Positions 40,113 through 54,100 of a stretch of 64,000 nt of DNA are shown here, piece after piece (position 1 is the first letter of the stretch; each line of letters starts with the position of its first letter). The notes below the pieces were generated by a model. It was given only the letters and a program-made list of their open reading frames with translations. It was not told where the DNA came from and did no database searches. Source of the stretch: Leucoraja ocellata (Eukaryota); the NCBI GenBank assembly GCA_036785375.1, contig JAWMAR010000030.1, positions 9,300,001-9,364,000 of the forward strand, read 5' to 3'. A program made the position numbers and the translations under genes.

Positions 40113-40488
40113 CCAACAAAGATTGTCAGCAACCGAGTTTGGTGTCTTGGGGAAGAATCAAAAGCAGCCCAGGGTAGCAGCATGTTTATTCTGTTCAAAT
40201 ATGGCATGCACCTATATTACAGGCAATTTATCTAGATATATATTATTTGACTGACAACAATGTAACTTGTACCCAGTAAAGTTAACCTACTTGGTCACAG
40301 TTTGACTTTTGCAGCAAAGATAAATTCTTCTGGTGAAACACATGTCATAGGTATTACCTGTGGTACATTTTATAACACCGTGTTCAACATGAATGAATCA
40401 GCGATTGAGAATGAAGTTACCAGGCTGCTACCCTGGGCTGCTTTTGATTCTTCCCCAAGACACCAAACTTGGCTGTTGACAAATGTTG
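40113..40488. repeat. Inverted repeat with 46-bp perfect arms (40136-40181 / 40424-40469) and imperfect outer extensions
   Basis: agtttggtgtcttggggaagaatcaaaagcagcccagggtagcagc is present on opposite strands; the ORF track shows the same LLPWAAFDSSPRHQT peptide on both strands. Confidence 0.92.
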
Positions 40489-42172
40489 GGCAAGATGTCA
40501 CATATGTATCCAAGTTTGGAAGCAATTACACAGGTATGTGGATAGGACAGGTTTAGAGATATGGGCCAAAAGCAGACGAGTGGGACGAGTGTAGATGTGA
40601 TATGTTGGTCGGTGTGGGCAAGTTGGGCCGAAAGGCCCGTTTCCACACTGTATGACTAAGTTAACACCACTCATAAATCTCCTAAAACATTAATGAGCCA
40701 ATAAAATTAAGTTCCATCAAACCATTTGTAGCTCATAATGCCAATTACCAGCTTCAGTTTTAATCATTTGACAAATCCATTTGATCTCCACTTTTCCCTT
40801 TGTAGCTAAATGATTGATCTTCACAACATTTCAATAGTACTTCAGAATAACTTAAATGAAAAATCACCCAAGTAGGGCAAGAAGCAAATGTACAGAAATG
40901 CTCAGAGTAATAAATACATCCTTTGAGATACAGACCTAAATAGGCACATGGGCAATAATATACTAGCAAGATTAGGAGACTGGCTACAGGGGGGTTTAAG
41001 AATGTAATATTACTGGTTATACAAGGGAAAGATTTCCAAAGAGAATGGGAAAGGTAGTATCAATCAAAATAATTATATTGTTTGTAGATGTGGTTAAGGA
41101 AATAGTTCAAAATCTAGAGACACCAACTGCAAATGCTAGAATCTTCAACAGAAAAAATCTATATTTCAGCAAAAATAAAATGCCAGATACATGCAAGCAG
41201 ATCTTCATGTCTTCACGAAGACAGTCTTAAGTCATTCTTAAGTCAATAACCTTCATCAGGCCTTTTGACTGAAAACATCAACTCTCCACAGATGTCGTCC
41301 TTACCAGAAATAGAATGTTTGTCAGTGGTGCCAACAACACAATCACATATTTTTTCAGGAAAAGAATATGTGGGTTGAACCTTTTCATCAGAACATATGC
41401 TACAAATAAGTGAATATTAGGATCTTAAAGCCCACTTTGGATTCAATATCATGCTTGATCTCCTGTGGTTTGTACTCCTTCCCACTTGATCGGTATATCA
41501 CTTAGATTTCCGTCTTATCAACCCCAGCCTTGAATATCAATCAGATCAGCCATATGGAGAATGCCAATGCTTCACAACTTGATAAAACAAATTTTTCATT
41601 GGTCCTTGTGATAAACCCTTCAAGATTACAACATAGATATACTGTTCATTGATTCACAAGGCCACAGCGCAGAAAGATCTAAACAAACAACTAGTCTAAA
41701 ACTGGCTGAACAGTACTTCACTCCTGTGCTCAACTTTATTCATGCGAGAATATTACATGTTCAATGCCCTTTCGAAAGCAAAGCTACTTTCAATGTCTGT
41801 ACTTCCCTAGAAATCAGTAATAGTTCATCCTCGTACAAGTGAAAGAGGCATTTGGAATTTGGCAACAACAAATGGGGAAAAAAGTTACATTCATATAGCA
41901 ACTCTCCTGATCTGATGACATTCCAGAACAGAAGTCTTTAAATAAGATAATATGAATATTGGGTACATGGAGCGAGTGGCAATATATTAGAGAGGACAGC
42001 CAAAAGCTCAATTTAACATCAACAACACACCAGCTTCTCAACAATAATGCACTCCCAGAACATCTCAAGTTAGGTGCTCAGTTCTTGAGTTAGACAAGCC
42101 AACATCTGACTGAAGAACTGTAAAAGAAAGAAATCCATATCTTCACCGAGTGCTAATTAGTACAGACAAAAT

Positions 42173-42345
42173 GGGCTGTCCCACTGTGGCGACCTGATTG
42201 GTGAGTTTAGAAGAGTTTGCCCTCGACTCATACTCGCAGCATGGACGACACGTAGGAGGTCTTTGTAACTCTCCTTCATGCTCGAGAGTAGTCCCCGCGT
42301 ACGCGAGGCCTCAGTTAGGTCGCGGAGTATTTTTCAACATGCTGG
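42173..42345. mobile_element. Truncated Harbinger MITE (one TIR), related to 46088-46616
   Basis: gggctgtcccact start; interior is the reverse complement of the right part of the 46.1-46.6 kb element. Confidence 0.7.
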
Positions 42346-45300
42346 TAATGAAAATCAAAAATTCTGGTAATGAAAATTTGCCCTTCTTGGGCAGAGCTGT
42401 TCCCAATCCAGACTGCGACAGTATGCTTTCTATGGGTCACTGGAGATATGCCAAATTTCTCCAGCCTCCGCAGGAAGTAGAGGGTTTGTTGTGCCTTCTT
42501 TGCAGTCGCATCAACGTGTATGATTCATGTCAGATCATTGGCAATATTAACACCAAGGAATTTGATGTTCTCAATCTTTTTCACATCTGCGCCAATGATG
42601 CTGATTGGTCATGCCCTCCACCATGCTTCCTGAATTTAGTCACTAACTTCTTTGGGGGAGTTGAGGGAGTGGTTAATCTCCTGACACCACGTCCGGAAGT
42701 TTTCTATCTCCTTCCTGTAGTCTATCTTGTCATTATTCATGATTCATGACAACTAGAGTGTTGTCGTCTGAAAACTTGTAGATGGAAATGGAGCCAAATT
42801 TGTCCATGCAGAGGAAGTATAGTTAGGGTTAGTTTCCATTCAGATCACAACAATTCAAAGGAGCAGTTTACCACCTTCCCAAAGGCAGCTGGATAATGAT
42901 TAGTGACTATGCCACCACAATGCTTGCATCTCAAGAATAATGCCTAGTGTGGCACAAAAGTTCAAAATGCTTCTTAGCTTTCTATCAAATTGCTGCATAA
43001 TTTCTACCGGACTATATTTAAATAACAAGGTCAAAATGTCAAAATATTTCAAGATCAAACAGAGGCAACATTTGTTTCGTTTTTAAGTAAAGTTATTTAG
43101 TATCTGTTAAAACCATAAAAGCTAGTCAGCTAACGGCAGGCTCATGATTTATCTTGCATGTTATGAAGCAGGGAAAACTGGTCTTGGGCAGTCTCGTCAA
43201 CTCCCACCCAATCCCATCCATCCTGTCAACTCCCACTTCACCTCCATCAATACACTCATGTCACACAAATCAGACAGTGATCTTTTCCAACAAGCATAAT
43301 CATCTCTTCATGATATTACTGCAAATCATCATGGAATCTATCTTTGAATATAAATTTGACTGAACCAAACACAGCTATGGATCCTGCAGCAGGCAAGAGA
43401 TTGGATGATCTGCACCATGACTCCCTTTTCAACTCCTTAAAGCCTTAGCACCATTATAAGGTCTTCGATTCATAAGTGATAGGAGCAAAATTAGACCATT
43501 TTGCCCATCAAGTCTACCCCGCCATTCAATCATGGCTGATCTATCTCTCCATCCTAACCCCATTCTCCTGCATTCTCCCCATAACCCCCGACACCCATAC
43601 TGATCAAGAATCTATCTATCTCTGCCTTAAAAGATATCCATTGACTGCCTCCACAGCCTTCTGTGGCAAATAATTCCAGATTCACAACCCTCTGACTAAA
43701 GATAAATCAGGAAATGCAAAGAACACCAATTACTTAGACTGCGTCAAAAGTTGCAGATCACAACCACCCAAATCAAAGCAGGCGTCTTGATCAAAATACA
43801 GCTGTAATATTCACCCCCACATCTATAAGCACAGTGTGACTGCAGTGTGTAACATGTACAAGATGAAATGAAGCAAATTGGATCAACTCCCAAAATCTGT
43901 GATCTCCACTAATTGGAACGTCAGGAACAGTATTTTGTTCAGCAACAGTAACTCAAGTTCGCATTCAAGTTGCACAACTCCCTCCCCAGCAGCAATAAAG
44001 AGGCACTTTGATATTGTTTGCAGCAATTGCTGGCTCACGACCATCCAACTTAAAGCTAAGCATTCACAATACAACATCTCAGCAAAAATTATCTCCTAAC
44101 CATTGTACTCGGTTCTGACTTTGTTGATTCCCACTCCCAACTCCAAGTCCAGGAAGGACTTCCTTATAAAACTCATTAAGCCACTTACATAATTAAAATG
44201 CAGATTCAGTTGAAATAGACTCAATATCTCTCCTTACAACTTGCATACCCAGCCTTTGCAAATTCTAACTAACTCGACCCATCCAATTCAAAGCCAAAAC
44301 CCACAGACCCTGGAAGTCTGACACAACAGGGATACTTCAAAGATCAAGCAGCATCTGTGTAGAGAAACGGAGGCGAGGTTTTAGTCCAGGAATTCATCAG
44401 AAATGGAGTCAATGATTTCTCATGCTGCCCCTTTCGTCAACAGATATTGTCCGACTGGCTGAGCACTCCAGCACTTTGCTTTGTTTTCCCACTGCCTCAA
44501 AATTGTGTCTCTTCCTTTACCCCAATTCCCAACAGAACATCACAGACCAGAATCAAACCAAATCCACAACGCTCAGGATCCGATAAATAAAATGACTGCA
44601 TGTGGAAAAAAACTGGAAGGCGTACAAAATAACAGATTCAGTTCAGGAATTACAGAACACAATAACAAGCATGCACTTTTTAACACTAATAGTCTCTCCC
44701 ACTTTATGTCCAATGCTCACTTGATAACTGCCGGTTCAAGATCAAATTGGGGTAGAAAAACACAGATCTAAAGTGAAAGCAAACCATAATACCAGCAGAT
44801 TTTCTGCCTGTTATTCACAGTTGAGTCAAACGATAACTTAAATGGAGAACAAAATCAATAACTGGCAAAAAACCAGATGGAGTATTATGTAATAAATACA
44901 TTATCATTAATATTGTCAAAGGATATTCCAACATCCTGACTCCATGGACTAGAGATGCAAGCTAGCATCTTAGTGGTCTAAGTTTAGATCAATGCTTCCA
45001 GTAAACACCATGCATCCCGTAAAGCAGAAAAATGCCAGTGGAAGAAGTGGAGTGGGGGCGGCAGCAGAACACAGCACAGTGCAGCATGGGAACAGGTGTT
45101 TAGGTCCATGGTGTCTGCACCAATCATGAATTCAGCTTAAAATATAAATTTGCATGCACACTATCTAGATAGAACCTGTTCCTTCTTTTCCTGTTCATAT
45201 GCTTGTCTAAATATCTCGTAAATTTTGCTATTGTATGAGCTCCCACCATCTCCCCAGATGATGCGCTGTGGACACCTACTACTCTGCATAAACACAATAT

Positions 45301-45628
45301 TGTCTCCTTTAAACTTTGCCTCCCTCACCTTAAGGTTCTCTCTTCAGTATTTAACAGTTCCAACTTGAGCCGACAAGTTGACACCCAGAGAATGCTACAT
45401 GATACTATTTACTGTTCCAACACCATATTCTCACTGCCAGGCATCTCACAGCTGTCACCTCTGAGCCCAAAGAAATTGTATAAGAATTCATTTCAATCCT
45501 TGTATTTCAAAGATTCTTTCTACTTTGCTTATTCGCTAAAGAGACTTGGTAACTTATTACTTCAATGCGAACATTTTCTAGGTTAACCCAGCATCCGCAG
45601 TCTTTCTCCAGTATATGGCATTTACATG

Positions 45629-45912
45629 GTGCAGCAGCATCTATGGAGCGAAGGAAATAGGCAACGTTTCGGGCCGAAACCCTTCGAAGAAGGGTTTCGG
45701 CCCGAAACGTTGCCTATTTCCTTCGCTCCATAGAGGAAGAAGGGTTTCGGCCCGAAACGTTGCCTATTTCCTTCGCTCCATAGAGGAAGAAGGGTTTCGG
45801 CCCGAAACGTTGCCTATTTCCTTCGCTCCATAGATGCTGCTGCACCCGCTGAGTTTCTCCAGCTTTTCTGTGTAACCTACGATTCTCCAGCATCTGCAGT
45901 TCCCTCTTTAAC
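45629..45912 (+). mobile_element. Penelope-derived insertion with inverted 5' part and 50-bp tandem triplication
   Basis: 14-bp TSD atggcatttacatg (45615-45628, 45913-45926); units start at 45686, 45736, 45786. Confidence 0.88.
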
Positions 45913-46087
45913 ATGGCATTTACATGATGGTTTTCAGGACCAGCTGCATGGGCAGCTAATGTTCATTTCGGTGAGCATGGTATGGAGATACCGATCACCC
46001 CATTTCACTGGAGGTTCAATGCTCCTCGTCTAAAGTCATACTATGTGTATAACTAATGAATTAATTGGAACAACTTGCTCCAGGTAA

Positions 46088-46616
46088 AGGGGCTGGCCCA
46101 CCTGGGCGACCTAATTGGCGAGTTTAAAAGAGTTTGAAAAAATGCCATGTTGAAGACCTCCTTCAACTACGTAGAAGACCTCGTTCGACCTCCTTCGACT
46201 ATGTTGAAGACTAGCTTCGACTAGCTAACCGTGAAAATTGGACACCAGTGGAGAGTGAAGACGACCTCCTTTGATCTCCTTTCGACCCTTCAACCATGAT
46301 GAAGACTACCTAGGACTACCTTCGACTACCCTCGATTACTTACGACTAACATGCCGACCTACTTCGACTAAACCTACGATGTAAAAAAAGCATTGATTTT
46401 TTCCATTGCGACTTTTTTGTACTCGCGGGCATTTTTAAACCTGTTGAAAAATACGCCGTGACCTAGCTGAGGCCTCGAGTACACGGGGACTACTCTCTAG
46501 CATGAAGGAGAGTTACAAAGACCTCCTACGACCTCGTGCCAACCATGCTGCGAGTACGAGTCGAGGGCAAACGCGCCACAACTCGCGGATTAGGTCGTCC
46601 AAGTGGGACAGCCCCT
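46088..46616. mobile_element. PIF/Harbinger-type MITE with internal gacctccttcgact-like subrepeats
   Basis: AGGGGCTG.CCCAC.TGG / CCAAGTGGGACAGCCCCT ends; TAA TSD (46085-46087, 46617-46619). Confidence 0.85.
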
Positions 46617-48597
46617 TAAGGAAGCATGGCAAAATGCCACCCACTCAGCTGCTTCCAACCGAGGCCCTTCCCACTGATGAGGCTGAAATGCAAAGGAATT
46701 GGGGAAACTGTATTGTTGACAATTCAAGATACCAACTCCAGCCAAATGTTCAGACTGCACTTCATTGTCAGCAAAAAGTCACAATTAAAGAGTTCACTAC
46801 AAAACCAATCAGGCTATCTTTGATATGGTAGGATGAATAAATAATTTACATAGTTAAGAGTTTTTTCAATTCATCTTTTAAATATTTTATAAACCTGCCC
46901 TAACAGAGATGGAGATCGATTTTAGTTGAGGAAACTTCACTATTCCTTCTTTGTGATCACTTATGAGAAAGTGCTATTTAAAGACTGCCAATCTAATATT
47001 ATAAGCTTCTGTTGGAGGTAGACAAAAATGCTGGAGGAACTCAGCAGGAAGAAATAGGCGACGTTTTGGGTCGGGACAGTTCTGAAGAAGGGTCTCGCCC
47101 CGAAACGTTGCCTTTTCCTTCGCTCCATAGATGCTGCCTCGTCAAACATTATGGAGGGCACTGTATTTTAATAAGCGTCTAAATAAAACATATTACTTTG
47201 CTGGCCCTTACACGAGTTGTCCTTTCTCGTCCTAATAATCAACTTTCTAAACTTTTCACTCAATTACATTTTATGCATTAATGGCAAAATCAGAACACGA
47301 ATTTCTTGCTCCTACAAGATTCTGCTCTAACCAATAATAGTCACGCAGATTCACGACTTCTAGCTCATTTCATTAACATTCCAGCTTTATATACCAAATA
47401 CTGTAGCTAGCACAGTCAATCTTATGCTACACTGATAAGGCTATGCCATGTTTTCATATGTATGTGCACATATACATACACCTTCTCACGAGTTTTAAAA
47501 GGAAATTATTTCACCTAAGAATCAGTCAAAATTGTTCACCTTTGGCAACAGATCATGCCCAAATTTTAACGTGCAAATCTGGATCCACAATTTCAGTTTT
47601 AAAATGTAGAGAAAGTGTGAAATCTCTCAGTCAAACATTTGACATTTACAACGTCAAGCAGCTCAGCATGGATCAACTGGTGACACCTCCAAAATGCTGT
47701 TATTGTTCTTAGCTGTGTACTCCTGACATTGGAACGTTTTCTCTATACAATGTTTGGAATCCCAGCGAGCCATGCATGGTGAAAGGAATCCCAGAGGGCC
47801 GTGGTTGTATCACAACAGCAGTCGTGGCTCGTCCTAGGCGGAACCGGGAACCCACCTGGTGAGGGAAGTCATGGAGAAGAGGATGGACCATAAGAGGCAA
47901 AACGGCAGCATAAGCAACGTCTCTCGGGTGATGCTGGGAGACACAGACCCAGTTTCTATTAAGTCAGACATCTCACTCTCCATAAAGCATGTCACTAAAT
48001 CAAAACAAAGACCACAATAATACACTTCAATTGTCATAAACAGATTTCTCATCGATTGAACAAGTTTGATTCTTTGGTAGCCAAGAAGGTGGGCCATTCT
48101 AACAGGTCAGGTTGACAATTTGCCCTGCAATGGCGTTTGGATCATATGGAAGCCAGTTACTAAGTAACCAGCCACTACGATGCAATTCCATTGACCCCGA
48201 AGGCAATATTGGGCAATAGAATTGCACTCATGCAACACTCCATTCAGGATACAAATTCGTACCTGAATAAAACATCAGCTGTTTTTTTTTGCAATAGTTC
48301 TATAATTATCTAAATCCTTAAATTTGTATTCTCCAGTTGCTACAGTGAGATTCAAAATCCTAACATCAATGGCTCAGATTCTGCTGCTGATCCAGTTACC
48401 ACTGTACTGCTACACTAAGCTGACATACTGGGTCCCTTCATCTAGTCCATTTAATACCAGAAAGCAGCTTAATCCAGAAGAGCATCTCAACTAAACTCAA
48501 TTGTGCATCATAAATACAATTTCCAATTAGAATCATTGAAGTGCTATAATGAACAAAACATGACACTGTTCGGCAGCGGTATATCGGTACCAAAGTA

Positions 48598-49037
48598 TCA
48601 AAGGCTGCAGCGAATCGTCCGATCAGCTGAGAAGGTTATTGGCTGCAACCTTCCCTCCATTGACGGACTGTACATTAGAAGGCCAGAAAGCGAGCGGCTA
48701 AGATCATCTCTGACCCCTCTCACCCTGGCCACAAATTCTTTGAATCACTTCCCTCTGGAAGGCGAATCCGGACTGTCAAAGCTGCCACAGCCAGACATAA
48801 AACAGCTTTTTTCCAAGAGTAGTAGCTCTGCTCAATAACAAAAAATTTGTAGCCTCCTTTTGCTCTGGTAGTTTATTTAATTCACATGTTTAATCAATAA
48901 TGTTTTATTAATAATGTTTAATGTTTTATGTGTCATTCCTCACTGTCGCTGCATGTCATGTTGAAACTTGTTGGCAGAGCACCAAAGCAAACTCCTTGTA
49001 TGTGAATACTTGGCCAATAAACTTATTCATTCATTCA
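48598..49037 (+). mobile_element. Rex1/Babar-like LINE 3' end
   Basis: LQRIVRSAEKVIGCNLPSIDGLY; tail caataaacttattcattcattca. Inverted homolog at about 34300-34613; related RT pieces at about 42385-42810 and 18470-18750. Confidence 0.7.
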
Positions 49038-50587
49038 ATTTATGACATTTCACGAGGTAAACCACAAATATATTTTTTTCCAAGCAAACTTCATTTGAAA
49101 TTACACAAAGCCAATACACTCATTGATCCACTCGGCTGGGGTTTTCCACAACTATTTTCACAACTCAGGTTGCTATCTGTTATATCACCTTAATTTACAT
49201 TGCCAGCCGAGCTTGGAATAGGGGGAACAGCTGCCTGCCTTAACCTTCTACCGTTAATCATTTTGACCACCATGGTAAAAATATCCACAGCCATTATCGA
49301 GACTGTATCTCACATACCCAAATGTCACTCAAAGTCAAACTGCCTGACTAAGCATCCAGCAATGAATGTTGTCGCAATGATGAGTCCTGACAGAAAGAAC
49401 CACATGGCAATTGCTCTGCAGATGTACACACTTTGAAAAACAGTGGTCCACTAAAGACACGAAAGCTACCATAACAGTTCAATAACATACAAACGCAAAC
49501 ATTTGCTACACGCAACTTAAGTGCTTGAAAGGACATAAGCTGCTGGAGCAAATCAACTGATCAGGGTCTTGACCCGAAAATTCACCTATCCATGTTCTCC
49601 AGCCTGACTAGCTGTTACTTCAGCACTTGGTGTCGTGTTGTGTATTAACCAGTATCTGCAGTTCTGTGTTTCTATTAATTAAGTGCCTGCATAAGAAACT
49701 TCTTGAGAACAGATGGATGTTTTAAGTGTTCTAGATTTTGCGATCAATTCAAGTTCCCCAGTTGCTGCAGGGATTCATAATCATCATACTAGATTATTGG
49801 TCCAGAATTTTGCAGCAAGTCTGGTCTATCTACTATACTGTCAATCCCGCAGATTTACAGGCTCCTTTCGTAGTCAATTTAATACCAGCAGGCCAGTAAA
49901 CGGTAAAGAACGGTCAGCCAAGCCCAATCGGGGGTCACAACTATAATTTCCCTTTATAATCATTGGAAAGTTAACACACTCAATTCTACCATCAGCCATC
50001 AGTTCTCCTCTCTCTTCAGCCAAAAATGGTTATCCGACAGAAAGCTGGAAGGTAGATAAAAATGCTGAAGAAACTCAGCAGGTGAGGCAGCATCTGTGGA
50101 GCAAAGGAAAAGGCGACGTTTTGGGTCGAGACCCTTCTTCAGACTGAAAGTTGTGTCGGGATCCTTATCAGATTAGCAGACTGATTAATGGGGTACAGTG
50201 GGATCTGGCATTTGAGCTCTAACTCATCGCAATCTATATCAATGATTTGGCTGAGGGAAATCAAGATGCCAACATCCAAGATTGTTGATGATACTAAGCT
50301 GGGCACAGTTGCAAGTATGGAGTATGCAGCAAAGATACTTTGTCAGGATATAGTCAGGTTGAGTAAATGAGCGAGGACTTGGCAGATGGAATAAAAAGTA
50401 AAACCATCCACAAAATGAAAAAAAAATGAGATGGAAGCAAGTTCATGACTATGTAAGAGTTCCTCAATGAAAGCGGCTAAATCACAAAATATTATGTCAG
50501 AAATATAACCATTGAAGTTGTTGAATATCAAATTGCCTTCTTTCACGGAGCAGAGGCAGAAATCTCTCACGGTGTCAAATATTATCA

Positions 50588-51130
50588 CGGTGCAAACCCA
50601 AGGTGATACAGACACACACCAAGATGAACAGGAAGGTTGGCGCTGTAATTAAGACATTTAAAGCACAGTGTATGGTAAGTCCTTTAAAAGGGGGAGGGGG
50701 AGGGGGGGGGGGAAGGAATGGAGACAACTTTTAACAAGCCAGAGATACACGGCTGTGAAGTTCGGCGGACATTTAACATTACCGGCCGGTTCCTTGGTTT
50801 TGAAAACTACAGCTTACCTTCCCCCCCCCCCCAATGAAATTCACCGGTCAGCACCGGCTCCAACCTACGAGAACCCCGGACTCCTGGCAACCCATTAGGA
50901 CCTCCTGGCAACCCACCTATGGCTCGTGAATTCTCGCTACTCTTCATGGCGGTTTCATTCTAGTCGGCACTAATTTTTCAACACGTTGAAAAATTTGTGG
51001 CGACCATAATGAGGCCATGACTAGTTCCCAGAATGCGGGAACTCCTTGCGACCATGAAGGCGACTCCCCGGCAACCTGCGAACATGCGGTGACTGTATAT
51101 TCTCCTGCAGTTGCCTAAGTGGGACAGGCC
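50588..51130. mobile_element. Truncated Harbinger MITE, inverted relative to 29754-30346
   Basis: Reverse-complement similarity to 29754-30245 (same SSRILGTS.GLI.V..NFST peptide in the ORF track); ends in aagtgggacaggcc. Confidence 0.8.
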
Positions 51131-54100
51131 TGAAGAAGGGTCTCGACCCGAAACGTCACCCAGTCCTTCGCTCCATAGATGCTGCCTCACCCGCTGAGTA
51201 TCTCCAGCATTTTTGTCTACCTTCAAATGGACATGAATCACACTTCTATAACTTACCGACTGAAGAGTAGTATTGGAAAAAAGCTTCAACAGCTTATGCA
51301 TAAGATATCAGAACCAACTAAGTCAGTGTAGGCAGATCAGTTACTTCATTTGGCCGAGAAAGGGAATATTTTCTCTGTAGGTCTGTAAAGAGCAGAAACT
51401 GACCAAGTACAAAAGAGGGAGAAAGGAAAATGAAAATTGTGGTCTGAACAAGGTGAAAAGGAGATATATTCTTTAGACAAAATCCTAGGGAGCATAAATG
51501 TAAGGTGACTTAAAACGATTAAATGGAAATCTAGTTTTCACCTAGCGGTGGGTGTCTGGAACTCATCGCTTGAAAGGGTGGTGAAGGCAGGAACACAAGC
51601 CAATAAAAATGTAGATGAGCAATTAATGTGCAGTGGTCTATAAGGTCACAAACCTGCAGCGGGGATGCACAAAGAGCCTAAACAGCCATTTTATTGCTTG
51701 GCAGAGGCGTTAATGAGCCCAATGGCATCCCTCCCATTGTGCCATAAAAGTCAGTATATTATTCTGACAAAGGAATAGGAATGAGAGAGCTCATGGAGTG
51801 TAAACACAAGCGTAGACCAAAAGGATCATTTATGCTTCAAATTCCACAGCACTTCTCAATTCCATTTATGGAAATAAAGCCCTTTTCTTCTTTTTAAAAT
51901 GTATTAGTTTTGACAGTTAAACTGATTTCCAATATCAAACTGGTTTGCCTGTGCAGGAGCATTACTAATCATTTAAGGTTAGAACGGGTTTGACGTGTCA
52001 AATGTTACTCAAACATAGGGTACAAGCTTGATACGTCTAGGATCCAGAGAAATAGCTAGTCCCAAACACAGAAGCTGTGATCAGGTACATAATATGTGCT
52101 CAGTATAATCCTGACCCAAATGTCTCTTTTGGCTCCAAAAACACAGCCAGCAGTCTCAATGAGTCTTAGTAAAAGCTCAGGGCTTAGGTTGCTGGTCAGG
52201 TTGGCAATTATTATCCAATAATATTCACCTCGAGGTGGCTCACATAGCTAATAAGTCTCAAGTCTGCAACTTATCAACCCTGTGGAACTACCTTCTGCAA
52301 CCACTGGTGAAGGTAGTTCCATAGTGTTGTTAAGTTACAGACTTGAGACATTAGCTATGTAAGCCATTAAACCTGCTTGAGGTTGCTTGGCCATAAGGTC
52401 ATAAGTGATAGGAGCAGAATTAGGCCATTTGGCCCATCATGGACACTATGCTAACAGAAGGATGCGATTCTATACGATCATGGTTGATCATTGAGAATAT
52501 TCCCTGAGCCTTTATCATGTGTTAGCCTGCTTCTGAGATCATTTAGCTGTTTGGCATGCATGTGCTCATGTTGCAGTCTCACTGAGTTTCAGGTATGCCT
52601 GATGCTGGTCTCAGCATACAGTTCCTAATTCCTCATTGAACCAAAGTTTACAGCTGGGCTTGATAACAAGGCCACAGGGATTGGCCAGGTCATGGTTAGA
52701 TTGTGGCAGTATAAATTTCTGCTGCGTCTGATGATTCATTGTGCATCGTGGATGCCCAGATCTGTTCCGAATCTATCCCTTTTAACACGTGTGGTAGAGT
52801 CATAGAATCATTCAGCATGAAATTGGGTCATTCATCGAAACTGGCCCACACCAACCAGTGGCCACCCTGTCTACATTAACCCCATCTGTCATTTTTCACA
52901 GGATCTTTCAAATGATCTATTTCCTGCCAAATCCTTTGACATCTTCCTTCACTAGTCACAGCTAATTTTTGTGTCGTTTGCAAATTTATAATCAGCCACC
53001 GATATTTTCGTCCAAATCATGTATTTATAACACAAACAACAGTCACACACTGATCCTTGCAGAAAGCCACTGCTCATAGACTTCAGATCTAAATAGCACC
53101 TCTAGAACTACCCTTTGCCTTCTGTGGTCAAGACAATTTTGAACCCATGTTGGTTCGACCAGGCAAGGTTGGCAGACATACGTCACCAAAGATTTAACTA
53201 ATCAGATGTTTTTGAGAGCAACTTTTTTTTCTCTCCGAATTTCGTCTATTGAACTCAGATTAGTAGCCGAATTTAAATAACACAGCTGCAGTGGTGGGTT
53301 TTCAACACGAGTCTCTGAATTTTTAGTGCAGACGTTTTTTCTAGTCTGGTAACTTAGAAAGGAAAGACTTTGGAACAAAACAAATTTTTGCCCTCTCACT
53401 CGTAGTCTAGCTGCGAGCAGGATTTCAATATCAGAGTGCGTTCCAGCAATTTTGACTTAAATCACACTGTGGTCTATGCCCATCAAGGGGTTAGTTCTAA
53501 ACAAAGGCTTTAGACTTGCACAGTAGAAAATTAGTGAATTAATTGGAGAGCAACATCCTTTACCACTGAATCAGCAAATATTCTTAGCTTTGTTTGTGAT
53601 ATAGCTTTGAAGGTCAGTAATGCTATCTGCTACATGTACAAGGTTAGGGCCGCCAATAAATTATCACAGTACATTTTCTTCTTCATTGGTTATTTTCGCC
53701 CTTGGATATTGTACAATGTTGCAGGCATTACATTGAACCTAGTTAGCTCTCTCAAGCCACCTTAATATTAGGTTAAAAAAAAATCTGGTTTAATGCTCAA
53801 ACCACTTCTATAAATGCTTAACAAGGCTATTTCTCGCAGAAGACAAAATGCTAGTTGCACTTTGATAAATGTTAAGGCTATCTCATACTTTGCATGAACC
53901 ATGTCATAAGTCATGATAGTGCGCATGAGGAAGCAGACGTTTGAGGACTCATTTTTAGGTTAGGCTGTTTCGAATACAGCTTTATCGACAGGATACGAAC
54001 AGAGTCTCACGGCTCATAAAACACCGAACAACAGCAAGGGTCACAAGGCATCACATGAGATTAAGTACAGCAAGAGTAAAGGGCTCATTTATTTGAAGGA

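Noticed and set aside
42198-42749. 183-aa plus-strand ORF
   Set aside because: Chimera of a Harbinger MITE fragment and the antisense strand of a LINE RT fragment.
45686-45835. Regularly spaced repeats resembling a CRISPR array
   Set aside because: Head-to-tail identical units with no unique spacers, eukaryotic context, derived from a Penelope terminal repeat.
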